This document shows positions 37,957-47,762 of a stretch of 64,000 nucleotides of DNA, piece after piece. The stretch comes from Alphaproteobacteria bacterium UBA2966 (GTDB lineage Bacteria > Pseudomonadota > Alphaproteobacteria > UBA2966). A program made the position numbers and the translations under genes. The notes below the pieces were generated by a model that did not search any database, was not told the DNA's origin, and saw nothing but the letters and a program-made list of their open reading frames with translations. The stretch spans positions 10,506-74,505 of the forward strand of contig DEBC01000107.1 in the NCBI GenBank assembly GCA_002348365.1, given 5' to 3'. Positions within the stretch are counted from its first letter, which is position 1. Each line of letters starts with the position of its first letter.

Positions 37957-38111
37957 GGTCCTTCTCCTTTCCAAGTCCGCCACTCCCCTGAAGTGATGGG
38001 TGACCGGCTGGGCGAATTTCCAAATTTTGCCGTCGGCGGGTCGTACAATCCGTGACACGTCATTCGACCTTTCTGCTTTGCTTGGCTTCATCACGGTTGT
38101 TCACAGGTTGG

Positions 38112-38133
38112 TTACGGACTGTTCGGTCCAGAA
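38112..38133. promoter_or_regulatory. Operator-like inverted repeat TTACGGAC-N6-GTCCAGAA
   Basis: Second copy of the motif found upstream of tetR (right arm identical, left arm 6/8). It lies between the tetR stop and the secreted-protein gene. Confidence 0.4.
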
Positions 38134-38145
38134 TTAGCAAAAAAA

Positions 38146-38727
38146 TCAGTCGAGAACTGAAAGAGCGATCTCGGCCACGCCCTCCAGGGCCTTTCGATCC
38201 GGATTGGCTTTGGCCATGACCCTCAAACCATTGATGCAGGTGATCAGAAACCGAGCCAGGTCGGCAGCTTTGCGATCGGCGCGAATTTCGCCAGTCTTCT
38301 GACCTCGATCGATGCAGGCCACCAGCGCCGTCTCAGTTTCGTTCATCGCCTCACGGCAGCGTCCCTGGGTTTCAGGATCGAAGGGAGCCAACTCCACGGC
38401 CGCGTTCGAAACCAGACATCCACGAAGGCTCCCCCGACCGGCCATGCGATCGATCACGAATTCGAACCACCAGGAAATCGCCACGCGCGTTGACTCGCTT
38501 TCCTGAAAGTTGGCCACCACGCGGCCCGAGACGGTCGCGTTGTAGTGCTCCAGCGCCGAAAGATAGAGTTCGTGCTTGCTGCCGAAGGCCTCGTAGAAGC
38601 TCGATTTCGAGATACCCATCGCTCGTGTAAGTGAACTGAGCGAAGCGGATTGGTATCCCATGTCCCAGAACACCTGCATGGCTTGCTCCAGGGCAACGTC
38701 GGCATCAAATTCTCGTGGTCTCGCCAT
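38146..38727 (-). CDS. TetR/AcrR family transcriptional regulator
   Basis: An N-terminal HTH (GYQSASLSSLTRAMGISKSSFYEAFGSKHELY) and a helical C-domain. Confidence 0.85.
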   Translation of the reverse strand: MARPREFDADVALEQAMQVFWDMGYQSASLSSLTRAMGISKSSFYEAFGSKHELYLSALEHYNATVSGRVVANFQESESTRVAISWWFEFVIDRMAGRGSLRGCLVSNAAVELAPFDPETQGRCREAMNETETALVACIDRGQKTGEIRADRKAADLARFLITCINGLRVMAKANPDRKALEGVAEIALSVLD

Positions 38728-38770
38728 TTTTCAGGTATCCGTTTCAAGTCCGATACAGGCGATATGGGAA

Positions 38771-38792
38771 TTCTGGACCGACTTGTCCAGAA
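38771..38792. promoter_or_regulatory. Operator-like perfect inverted repeat TTCTGGAC-N6-GTCCAGAA
   Basis: Perfect 8-bp arms located 44 nt upstream of the tetR ATG, which is the typical geometry for TetR autoregulation. Confidence 0.45.
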
Positions 38793-38911
38793 CCAGCTCA
38801 ACACAACGTGATCATCAATTCGTGAAGACTGCCGGAGGGTGCATCACAAGCGGGGTTCCGGAACCCATACGGCAATGAGCGAACCGTTGGTTCCTGCAGA
38901 CTTCTCAGGGT

Positions 38912-40576
38912 TTAGCGTGTTTCGTCCCGTTCCGTCGCCGCCCGCGTGACGTACCCTGTATCCAGGTCCAACTGGATAGCCTCCGGGTGCCTTTCATTCG
39001 GGTTGCCGAAACCACCGCCACCCGATGTTTCCACGGTAATGACGTCGCCTCGCCGAAGAGCCACGCCACTGACCTTTGATCCGAGCGCCTGTGTCTGGCC
39101 GTCACGACTGAGAGTCAATCGCCCAACGGACCCGGGCTCGCCTCCATGGAGACCGAAGGGTGGATGACGAAAACGATCAAAATTTGCAGCGAAGACACCA
39201 GAGTCGGATTCGAGGCGCCATTCCCGGATCATTCCCAGACCGCCTCTAAATTTTCCGGCACCCCCCGAGTTGGGTCTCAGCGCATACTTTGTGAACACGA
39301 TAGGGTGTCGGTCCTCGACCATCTCAATGGGAATGGACGCCAGATTGTGGAGCCCGCAGGAGAAAGAGCTTGCGCCATCACGGGACGGCTCTGCGCCCCA
39401 TCCCCCGACGATCGAATCGAGGTAAACCGGGCCCTTGTCATCGCCCTCTGCCGCCTGCAGCGCATAAAGGTACGACACACCATAGTAGGCCGACGGAATG
39501 TGGTCCGGGCGCGCCTGAGAGAGTGCACCCAGAATGACGTTGACGACTCGATGGCCAACGGCAATTCGATTGACGACGGGAGCTGGCGCCTGAGCATTGA
39601 CGACACTGCCTTCGGGCGCGATCACTTCGATCGGGGCGTAACAACCTGAGTTCGCCTGGAATTCGCCACCGAGGCCCGCGATCACCGCATAGTAGACGGC
39701 GCACTTCGCGACGTTCAGAGTGCAATTGACTGGTCCGGCAACCTGGGATGACGTCCCCGCAAAATCGACGAGTACCCTGTCACCCGACACGGTAAGTTGC
39801 ACCGCAATGCGAATCGGATCATCGCTGATGCCGTCGTCGTCGACGAAATCCTCGAAAGCGTATTCGCCGTCGGGCACGCTCTCGATGGTGCGGCGTACGG
39901 CCGTTTCGGATTGGTCCAGGATCTGCGAGGAAGCCTGCGTCAGGGTCGCAAATCCGTACTTGTCCCCGAGCCGGAGAACATGACCGCCACCAATCTCCAG
40001 AGCCGCGATCTGCGCCATGAGATCGCCGCGGAACATCGTCCGTTCCCGGACGTTCTGCAGCAGCAGAGCCAGCACGTCAGTATTGAGCTCGCCACGCGCC
40101 TTGATTTTCAACGGCGGAATGCGCAGCCCTTCCGCATAGATTTCGGTAGCGGAGGTGTTGTAACTGCCGGGCGCAGGTCCTCCGATATCCGAATGGTGGC
40201 ACATTGCGCCGGTGAACCCGACACGCTTCCCGTCAACGAATACCGCCTGAAAGGTCAGGATGTCGGGCAAGTGCGAACCGCCGCAGTAGGGGTCGTTGGT
40301 CACGACAACGTCGCCTTCTTCCCACTCATCCGCCGGGATGAAATCCCGTAGGATGGTTTCAAGACACGGCGCCATCGTATTCAGGTGCATGGGGATGCGC
40401 GCCGCCTGCGCAATATTCCGGCCATCTGTATCGAATACGGCGGTCGAGAAATCGAGCATTTCCCGAATGGCGTTGGAGCGACCTGCCCGATAGACCGCAA
40501 TACTCATCTCCTCGGCGGCCGCCACAAGTGCGTTCCGTATGATTTCGAGCTGGACAGGGTCAACGGCGTTTCGCAT
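38912..40576 (-). CDS. Hydantoinase B/oxoprolinase family protein
   Basis: MRNAVDPVQLEIIRNAL... is the typical HyuB N-terminus. The ATG at 40576 has the best GAGGAAA spacing; the listed ORF starts at a TTG. Confidence 0.85.
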   Translation of the reverse strand: MRNAVDPVQLEIIRNALVAAAEEMSIAVYRAGRSNAIREMLDFSTAVFDTDGRNIAQAARIPMHLNTMAPCLETILRDFIPADEWEEGDVVVTNDPYCGGSHLPDILTFQAVFVDGKRVGFTGAMCHHSDIGGPAPGSYNTSATEIYAEGLRIPPLKIKARGELNTDVLALLLQNVRERTMFRGDLMAQIAALEIGGGHVLRLGDKYGFATLTQASSQILDQSETAVRRTIESVPDGEYAFEDFVDDDGISDDPIRIAVQLTVSGDRVLVDFAGTSSQVAGPVNCTLNVAKCAVYYAVIAGLGGEFQANSGCYAPIEVIAPEGSVVNAQAPAPVVNRIAVGHRVVNVILGALSQARPDHIPSAYYGVSYLYALQAAEGDDKGPVYLDSIVGGWGAEPSRDGASSFSCGLHNLASIPIEMVEDRHPIVFTKYALRPNSGGAGKFRGGLGMIREWRLESDSGVFAANFDRFRHPPFGLHGGEPGSVGRLTLSRDGQTQALGSKVSGVALRRGDVITVETSGGGGFGNPNERHPEAIQLDLDTGYVTRAATERDETR

Positions 40577-40587
40577 GCCCATTTTCC

Positions 40588-42648
40588 TCAAGCCCGTTCT
40601 GCAATGAGGTTCCCGGTCGGGTGCATCTCCACCCGCCAGTTTGATAATAGCAGAATTGTCGTGAATTCCTCGGTGATCAGTAGCGGTCCCTTCAGCGGCG
40701 ACCCCGGCCGCAAATCAGACCGGCGAAGCATGTCCACCTCATGCCATGCCCCATTGGCATATATCTCATGTCGCAACGACTTCGCGTTAGATGCGGGCAC
40801 CAGATCCTGAACCATATCCGGGCGCTCCAATCGTCCTCGGGCGGCAACGCGCAGGGTCACGATTTCAACGGGCTCCGACGGGTCGGCATGCAGAAACCGG
40901 GCTCGGTGTGCCGCATGAAAATCCGCGACGGCAACATTCAGCACATCTTCATCCACGCTCAGACCATCCCACGGAACCGTCAACTCGTATCCCTGGCCCA
41001 CGTATCGCATATCCGCCGAGAGCGTGAGATCCCACAGGTCCTGCTCGATGCCATCGGCGTCCAATGCGGCACGCCCTTCAGACAACAGGGACTGGGCAAT
41101 TCCCTGCAGCGTCCCCAGGCTCTGTGGCAGGGCCTCAAGAATCCGGCTTTGCGCGGCCTGGTGGAGAATGTCGGTCCACAGCATGCCATAGGCTGATAAC
41201 GTGCCCGCCGCCCGGGGAAACACAATCCTGTTCATGCCGAGCTCTTCGGCCAAGGCGACAGCGTGCAGTCCCCCCGCGCCGCCGAAGGCAACCAGGGCGA
41301 AGTCCGCGGGATCAAAGCCTTTTTCAAATAGGCTGAGGCGCATGGCATTTGCCATGTTGGCGTTGGCAATGCCGACCATTCCTTCTGCGGCATCTTCCAC
41401 ACTCAGGCGTAGAGGGTCGCCAACACTCCGGGCGATGACACGCTGGGCGGCATCTCGATCGAGCGCTAACGCCCCCCCGAGAAATGCGGCGGGTAACAAC
41501 CGGCCGAGTGTCAGGTTCGCATCTGAAACCGTCGCCAGCGTGCCACCATGGCCGTAACAGGCTGGTCCCGGATCTGCGCCTGCGCTCTCCGGACCTACCC
41601 GGAGCCTGCCACTGTCGTCGACCCTCGCGATCGAACCGCCACCCGCGCCAATCGTGCGGATATCGACCATGGGCAGGCGAACCGGACAACCATCGATCTC
41701 TCCCTCTGTCACCATGGCCGCCCGCCCCTGGTGAACAAGCGAAATATCGAAACTCGTCCCACCCATATCGACCGCGACGAGGTTCTCGAAACTCAACACC
41801 TGCGAGAGATGTTCGGCAGCAATGGCACCACCGCATGGCCCGGACAACAAGAGACGTGCTGGTTGTTGTGCCGCGACGCCCGGCGTACTCATACCGCCGT
41901 TCGATTGAATGAGCAGCACGCGTGGCTCGGTGCCGGTTTCGCCGAGGCGCGCTTCCAGGCGTTCCACGTATCCTCGAACCACCGGCATCAGCAAGGCGTT
42001 CAGAACCGTCGTGGACGTTCTTTCGTATTCACGAATTTCCGGGCTGATGTCCGTTGACACCGAAACATCCAGATCCGGGGCTGCTTCAAGCAACAACTCT
42101 CGGATGGCGGTTTCATGGACGGGGTTCATGAAAGCGTTCAGCAGACATATGGCAACCGCCTTGACGCCGCTGTTTTCGACCTCCGTCGCGAGGCACTTCG
42201 CCTGCTCCCGATCAATTGGGACAAGGACACGACCGCTGGAATCGACCCTCTCCCTCAGGCCAAAGCGCAAGGTCCGTGGAACGAGGAGCACACGGTCCTC
42301 AGCATACAGCCCGTATACGTCCTTGCGCATGTGGCGACCGATTTCCAGAACGTCTTCGAATCCGTCGGTTGTGATCAATGCGCAGTCAGGAAAATTCCTC
42401 TCCAGAACGGCGTTCGTGGCGATCGTCGTGCCATGGAGCAGCAACGCCACCTCCGACAAATCGAAGCCATATCGATCGGCTGCCAGGTTGAGTCCCGTCA
42501 CCAGGCCGACGGCGGGATCGGCTGGTGTTGTCGGAGTCTTCAGTTCATGAAGGGTGCCGTTCGACTCGTTGAACACCTGGAAATCAGTGAATGTCCCACC
42601 GATATCCACAGCCATACGAATTCGGTGAGACCAGTTATTCGCAGCCAT
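40588..42648 (-). CDS. Hydantoinase/oxoprolinase family protein (HyuA-like)
   Basis: RMAVDIGGTFTDF...TTIATNA...DMGGTSFD are actin-fold ATPase motifs. The exact start is uncertain (42648 or 42615). Confidence 0.85.
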   Translation of the reverse strand: MAANNWSHRIRMAVDIGGTFTDFQVFNESNGTLHELKTPTTPADPAVGLVTGLNLAADRYGFDLSEVALLLHGTTIATNAVLERNFPDCALITTDGFEDVLEIGRHMRKDVYGLYAEDRVLLVPRTLRFGLRERVDSSGRVLVPIDREQAKCLATEVENSGVKAVAICLLNAFMNPVHETAIRELLLEAAPDLDVSVSTDISPEIREYERTSTTVLNALLMPVVRGYVERLEARLGETGTEPRVLLIQSNGGMSTPGVAAQQPARLLLSGPCGGAIAAEHLSQVLSFENLVAVDMGGTSFDISLVHQGRAAMVTEGEIDGCPVRLPMVDIRTIGAGGGSIARVDDSGRLRVGPESAGADPGPACYGHGGTLATVSDANLTLGRLLPAAFLGGALALDRDAAQRVIARSVGDPLRLSVEDAAEGMVGIANANMANAMRLSLFEKGFDPADFALVAFGGAGGLHAVALAEELGMNRIVFPRAAGTLSAYGMLWTDILHQAAQSRILEALPQSLGTLQGIAQSLLSEGRAALDADGIEQDLWDLTLSADMRYVGQGYELTVPWDGLSVDEDVLNVAVADFHAAHRARFLHADPSEPVEIVTLRVAARGRLERPDMVQDLVPASNAKSLRHEIYANGAWHEVDMLRRSDLRPGSPLKGPLLITEEFTTILLLSNWRVEMHPTGNLIAERA

Positions 42649-42833
42649 CGTGTTTCCCGTGCCCGGCCATGCGCCGATCATAGGGGTTGGTTGTTAGGCA
42701 TACCACGGGCCATCCATTGACGATATGACCTCAGGGTTCCATTCTCTGGCCGATGCCAATCGGCATCACGGCCACGGTGAGCCTGTTCGATTGCCGGCCT
42801 ATTATTTCATTAATTACGGGGAGCGGACGCCAA

Positions 42834-43769
42834 ATGGCAGACGTTGTCATCAGCGAGTTTCTTGACGAGGAGGCGGTAGACCTTTTGTCCGCCGACTTCG
42901 ACGTCTTCTACGATCCGGATCTGGTTAATCGGACCGACGAACTGCACGAACGGCTCCAGGATTGCCGCGGCTTGATCGTGCGGAACCGGACACAGGTTCG
43001 TCCCCCACTGCTGGATGCCGCGCCCAACCTGATCATCGTCGGGCGCCTCGGTGTGGGACTCGACAACATCGATATGGAGGCCTGCGCATCTCGCGACGTG
43101 AGGGTTCAACCGGCTCGCGGAACACTCGAAGAATCAGTTTCCGAGTATGTCATCGGCGCCATGTTGGTCATGCTGCGCCAAGCCATGTACGGAATTACCG
43201 AGGAGGTGCGCACCGGCACCTGGCCCAGAACAAAGGTGATCGGACGCGAGGCAAAATGCCAGACCCTGGGGCTCGTGGGATTCGGTATCATTGGCCGCGA
43301 GGTGGCCAAGCGCGCCGGCGCCTTCGGCATGCGTATGTTGGCCTACGACCCTTACGTCAAGGAAGATGATCCTCTGTGGACAGAGTTGGGCGTGACGCCC
43401 GCATCGCTCAACGACGTGCTGTCCGAATCGGACGTGGTCACCCTCAGCGTTCCCCGTACCGACGGGACCCATCATTTGATAGATGGCAATGCGCTCGCCA
43501 AGATGAAGCCCGATTCGATGCTCATCAATACAGCGCGCGGCGGTGTTGTCGACGACGCGGCGCTGGCCGAGGCTCTCAAGAACGGAACGATCGGCAACGC
43601 CTTTATCGACGTGTTCGAAGACGAACCACTTCCGGCCGGCAACGTTTTCGATGGCGTTGAGAACGTGACTCTGACACCTCATTGCGCGGGTCTCACGGAT
43701 GAAGCCCTGCTGCGGTCCAGCATGATGATCGCGAATGCCGTCCACGATGCCCTGAGCGAGAAAGGATGA
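42834..43769 (+). CDS. D-isomer-specific 2-hydroxyacid dehydrogenase (PGDH-like)
   Basis: GLVGFGIIGREVAKRA...INTARGGVVD...TPHCAG. Confidence 0.85.
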   Translation: MADVVISEFLDEEAVDLLSADFDVFYDPDLVNRTDELHERLQDCRGLIVRNRTQVRPPLLDAAPNLIIVGRLGVGLDNIDMEACASRDVRVQPARGTLEESVSEYVIGAMLVMLRQAMYGITEEVRTGTWPRTKVIGREAKCQTLGLVGFGIIGREVAKRAGAFGMRMLAYDPYVKEDDPLWTELGVTPASLNDVLSESDVVTLSVPRTDGTHHLIDGNALAKMKPDSMLINTARGGVVDDAALAEALKNGTIGNAFIDVFEDEPLPAGNVFDGVENVTLTPHCAGLTDEALLRSSMMIANAVHDALSEKG

Positions 43770-43772
43770 ACC

Positions 43773-44843
43773 ATGTCCGCCGCCGCTGACGATCAAGCCG
43801 CCCCCCATCAACGCGTCGATCGCAAGACGTTGACGTCATGGCTGGCACGGGTTTTCGACGCCTGCGGCATGCCCGAAGACGATTCACGTCTCGCTGCGGA
43901 GGTCATGGCACGCTGCAATGCCCGGGGCTATGAAACCCACGGTGTCACGCGCGTCATGACTTATGTGCAGAAGTTCGAGTCCGGCGACATCAATCCCAAC
44001 CCGAACATGACGTTCGAGATGCGCGATGCCGTCCTGGTGATCGACGGAGATGACGGTCTGGGCCAGGTGGTCGGCCCCAAAGCAATGGACCGTGCCATCG
44101 AGCTGGCCCACGATACGGCATTCGTACCTTGCTTCATCCGGGATGGCGGTCACCTCGGCGCCATCGGCATGTTTCCGTTGCGCGCCGCCGAGGCGGGAAT
44201 GGTCTCTGTTCTCATGCAGGCGACCTCACCGGTGATGTCATTGCCGGGGTCACAGGGAAGAGCCATAGGCAACAATCCCATCTCATTTGCCACTCCCATT
44301 GCGGGACGGGACCCGTTGATCTTCGACATGGCGACGTGCGTCACCTCACGCGGACGCGTGCTGATGGCAAACAGGGCGGGTAGAGACATTCCCGAAGGCT
44401 GGGCCATTGGCCCCGACGGCGAACCGACGACCGACGCCGAACAGGCTTTACTGGGTGCGATGCTGCCGGTGGGTGGACCGAAGGGCATTGGCCTCGCCAT
44501 GATGGTGGAGTGTCTTGCCGCCAGCCTCTCGGGGACCTTCGCGCCCACCATGCAAGGTGCACAGCCCGCGATCGGCAGCGCCACGATGCATGTCGGCGCT
44601 TTCTTCTTTGTCGCCAATCCGGAACGCGTGGTCGGGCGGGATACATTCGAGCGGCACATTGACGGCTGGGTGTCCCAGTATCTCAGCGCGACGGGTGACG
44701 ACGCCCGACTCCCGGGTCAGCGCGCCGCGGCCACAGAGCGCGAACGTACTGCCAATGGCATACCAATTCCGCCGGAAATCATTGCCGAACTTCATGAAGT
44801 CGGAGACAAGGTAGGAGAATCCTTTGACGTGCCGTTGACATAG
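43773..44843 (+). CDS. Ldh_2 family (malate/L-lactate/Pyr2C-reductase-type) oxidoreductase
   Basis: GYETHGVTRV...NPISFATP...GGPKGIGLAMMVE is typical of PF02615. Confidence 0.8.
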   Translation: MSAAADDQAAPHQRVDRKTLTSWLARVFDACGMPEDDSRLAAEVMARCNARGYETHGVTRVMTYVQKFESGDINPNPNMTFEMRDAVLVIDGDDGLGQVVGPKAMDRAIELAHDTAFVPCFIRDGGHLGAIGMFPLRAAEAGMVSVLMQATSPVMSLPGSQGRAIGNNPISFATPIAGRDPLIFDMATCVTSRGRVLMANRAGRDIPEGWAIGPDGEPTTDAEQALLGAMLPVGGPKGIGLAMMVECLAASLSGTFAPTMQGAQPAIGSATMHVGAFFFVANPERVVGRDTFERHIDGWVSQYLSATGDDARLPGQRAAATERERTANGIPIPPEIIAELHEVGDKVGESFDVPLT

Positions 44844-44878
44844 CGGAAACAGGGTTCTCGTCACCAAGGAGAAACGCC

Positions 44879-45859
44879 GTGAGTCATTGGATGGTGATCA
44901 ACGAAACCGGGGGACCGGACGCGCTGTCATGGGAAGCGCGCGAACTCGGAGCCCCCGATGCAGGCGAAGCCCTCATTCGGCATACCGCCGTCGGCGTCAA
45001 TTTCACGGATGTACACCGGCGCCGCGGTGACCATCATCTCCCGACACCGGTCCCTTGCAGCCTAGGCCTCGATGCCGCAGGGGTCGTCGAAGCCGTCGGT
45101 GACGGCGTGACCGAATTCGACGTCGGAGATCGCGTGGCTTACGCGGCCATGCCGCTCGAAGCCTACTCGGACGAACGAATCCTGACCGCAGAGCGCCTCG
45201 TCCCGCTGCCTGACTCGATTGACGACAAGATCGCGGCCGCGGCGATGGTCAAAGGGATCACGGTTCAATTCCTGATTCGACAGACCTTTCGGGTAGAGCC
45301 GGGCCAGGTTGTGGTGTTTCACGCCGCGGCAGGCGGCGTAGGACTGATCGCGTGTCAGTGGCTCAAGCACCTGGGCGTTACAACCATCGGGACGGTCGGC
45401 AGCGAAGCCAAGGTCGACATAGCGCGGGCCCATGGCGCGGACCATATTCTCGTTCACGGTCGCGATGACATTGCGGGACTGGCACGTGAATTGACGAACG
45501 GCCACGGGGTTCCCGTAGTCTACGACTCCATCGGTAAAGCCACGTTCGATGAATCGATGCGGTGTTTGGCCCCGCGGGGCATGCTGGTGAGCTTTGGCAA
45601 CGTTTCCGGCTATATCGAACCGGTCCACCTCAGTCAGGTTTTCGGTGCGGAGTCATTCTTTTTTACCTGGGCAAAGATGCACCACTACATCGAATCACGG
45701 GAAGACCTTCTAAGCGCCACAAGAGACTTGTTCGACGTGATCAACAGCGGTGCGGTCAAGATCGATGTGAATCAAACGTATCCGTTACAAGAAGCCGGCC
45801 GTGCCCATGCTGACCTCGAGGCGCGCAAAACGACCGGTTCGAGTGTTCTCATACCCTGA
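44879..45859 (+). CDS. Quinone oxidoreductase (MDR superfamily)
   Basis: GTG start with an AAGGAGAAA SD. GVNFTDV...HAAAGGVGLIACQW...TTGSSVLIP. Confidence 0.85.
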   Translation: MSHWMVINETGGPDALSWEARELGAPDAGEALIRHTAVGVNFTDVHRRRGDHHLPTPVPCSLGLDAAGVVEAVGDGVTEFDVGDRVAYAAMPLEAYSDERILTAERLVPLPDSIDDKIAAAAMVKGITVQFLIRQTFRVEPGQVVVFHAAAGGVGLIACQWLKHLGVTTIGTVGSEAKVDIARAHGADHILVHGRDDIAGLARELTNGHGVPVVYDSIGKATFDESMRCLAPRGMLVSFGNVSGYIEPVHLSQVFGAESFFFTWAKMHHYIESREDLLSATRDLFDVINSGAVKIDVNQTYPLQEAGRAHADLEARKTTGSSVLIP

Positions 45860-45872
45860 CCGATCGAACGGT

Positions 45873-46991
45873 TTAGAGGAACAAGGATAAGACGCCGGTG
45901 TAACCGTAAAGCCGCTGGTGGCTGATCTCACCGTTACAGAACATGCCGACGACGGGGACGTCACCGAGGGCTTCCTGAATCGTCCGAAGTTCTTCCGAAT
46001 TGGGACCGAACAGGTTCGGACCCCGTGCCAGACACGAATGATAGATACCTCCTTTGGGCGTCGATTCTCCTACCCGGCTGGCGAGATCGCTGAGCATACG
46101 CTTCAGATCGACGTGAGCGGCCTGACCGTCGCGCCGACAGAACATGACCGTATCGCCTTCTGAGACTTCGGCACCGACCGCGAAGACCTCGGCCGAAGGG
46201 TCGATAGCGACCAGATTTCGAACCAGATAGTCGGGTCGGTCCATACCACTGACGGGAAACGCCACATAGATGTACCCACCAATCCGCCCAAGATCGCGGG
46301 CTAAAACTTCACCGATGTCTTCCTTGAGCACCTCCAGAGCAGGCCGCTCATCCAGGGCGATAATGATGTTCTCCTGGCAGTCCGTCACTTCGTGGGCAGG
46401 CCCTATGGGTGAGCACCCCTGAGTCAGTCCCGTCGCCACGGCAACGTCTGGTTCGAACAATACACCGGAGATGCCGCCCGACGTCATGCCACCGGCAATC
46501 TGTGGATGCTCCCCCCGCGACGACGTCAGGCCGCCGACCAGAAAGGCTCCCGTCGCCTCAACGACGGCGGGAACCAGATCGGCCAGGTATGTGTTGTGGG
46601 GATCGGCATGAATGATTCCGAAACGGCCTTCCCGGGTACCAAGGGCGCCGGCCAGTTTTGCGCAAGCCTCATCCGGCGTAGCCGTTCCAGTATCGATAAC
46701 GTTGTGCATGTCATCCGGAACCGACCCCGCGAGGAGCGCGATGGCGGGCTCATCAAAATACTCGATTCCCGTGGCACAAATCCCGATCCCCGTCGTGCCT
46801 ACCCACGTCTCAATTCCCGTCAGCGCCTGAAGTTCAGCCTGAATCTCGTCCATCGCGCCGGCGAAGTGATCCGTCACGTAGAGAAATCCCACGTTGGCGC
46901 CCCGCTCCGGAATCCCAGCCGAATTCAGCGCGGTACGCACTGCGCTCCGCCAGTCAGCGGATGTTCCGTGACCCATATAGAATCTTTCCAT
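45873..46991 (-). CDS. FIST-domain (N and C) sensory protein
   Basis: DWRSAV...GFLYVTDHFA...WVGTTGIGICA and the later GLTSS/FCNGEI region resemble FIST_N/FIST_C. The start (46991 or 46976) is uncertain. Confidence 0.6.
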   Translation of the reverse strand: MERFYMGHGTSADWRSAVRTALNSAGIPERGANVGFLYVTDHFAGAMDEIQAELQALTGIETWVGTTGIGICATGIEYFDEPAIALLAGSVPDDMHNVIDTGTATPDEACAKLAGALGTREGRFGIIHADPHNTYLADLVPAVVEATGAFLVGGLTSSRGEHPQIAGGMTSGGISGVLFEPDVAVATGLTQGCSPIGPAHEVTDCQENIIIALDERPALEVLKEDIGEVLARDLGRIGGYIYVAFPVSGMDRPDYLVRNLVAIDPSAEVFAVGAEVSEGDTVMFCRRDGQAAHVDLKRMLSDLASRVGESTPKGGIYHSCLARGPNLFGPNSEELRTIQEALGDVPVVGMFCNGEISHQRLYGYTGVLSLFL

Positions 46992-47214
46992 GGACGCATC
47001 GTGACTGAGGCCCGACACACACACAAGCGTCCATCATGCCAGCAACGCGTGACCGGTCGAGGACGCAGTCTCCACGCCACCGATTCGGTTCCCAGGTCCT
47101 CCCAATAACGTTAACCCGCTCACTTTGGTATGCTGATAGAGTCCTGCCCCTTCGTCGTCGGGGCAGGGGATCGTGGGGGGGACGGTCCCGTTTGAGTGGG
47201 AAGGTCCACGTCTG

Positions 47215-47745
47215 ATGCGTGAATCTGAAGATCAAATCTTGTCGGCGATTCGACTGTCGCTCCTCGTTCTCGCCCTTCTCGTGCCGTCCGGCACGTTCGC
47301 CGTGGGTGCAGGATCTCTCCCCAAACCCGCTGACGGCATAGTTTTGACCGTGGCCGGAAAAATCTCCAAAGCCAACAACCGTGACGAAGCCCACTTTGAC
47401 CTTGCCATGCTCGAATCATTGGGCGGCGCTTCGTTGGTCACAAGAACACCCTGGACCGACGGCGAGGTGACGTTTGAAGGCGTTTGGGCCCGTGATCTTG
47501 CGGCAGCGGTTGGCGCCGAAGGCCAGACCGTCGTGGCCCTGGCACTCAATGACTTCCGGGCTGAGATTCCCGCTGAAGATCTCTCCCAACGAGATGTGCT
47601 GCTCGCCTTCAAAATGAATGGCAGATACATGCGGGTCCGTGACAAGGGTCCGATCTGGATCATCTACCCGCAATCCCGCGATGGCGATCTCCAAGACATG
47701 GAGAGGTTCTTTGCCGGATTGAAAAAAGTGGGATGGAATCAGTGA
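47215..47745 (+). CDS. Periplasmic molybdopterin-binding-oxidoreductase-like domain protein
   Basis: A signal-like segment, then ...FEGVWARDLL...ALNDFRAEIPAEDL...LLAFKMNGRYM..RDKGPIWIIYP, which resembles small YedY/sulfite-oxidase-fold domain proteins. Confidence 0.5.
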   Translation: MRESEDQILSAIRLSLLVLALLVPSGTFAVGAGSLPKPADGIVLTVAGKISKANNRDEAHFDLAMLESLGGASLVTRTPWTDGEVTFEGVWARDLAAAVGAEGQTVVALALNDFRAEIPAEDLSQRDVLLAFKMNGRYMRVRDKGPIWIIYPQSRDGDLQDMERFFAGLKKVGWNQ

Positions 47746-47762
47746 CCGGGTGACAATCCCGC

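Noticed and set aside
42752-42767. Palindrome GATGCC-AATC-GGCATC in the hyuA/2-hydroxyacid-dehydrogenase divergent region
   Set aside because: It has only 6-bp arms, is unrelated to the tetR-flanking motif, and has no second copy. This is too weak to call an operator.
47143-47167. 8-bp GC hairpin (CCTGCCCC-N9-GGGGCAGG) just upstream of gene 47215..47745
   Set aside because: It has no T-run and no upstream gene on that strand to terminate. It is probably ordinary 5'-UTR structure, and I cannot assign a function.
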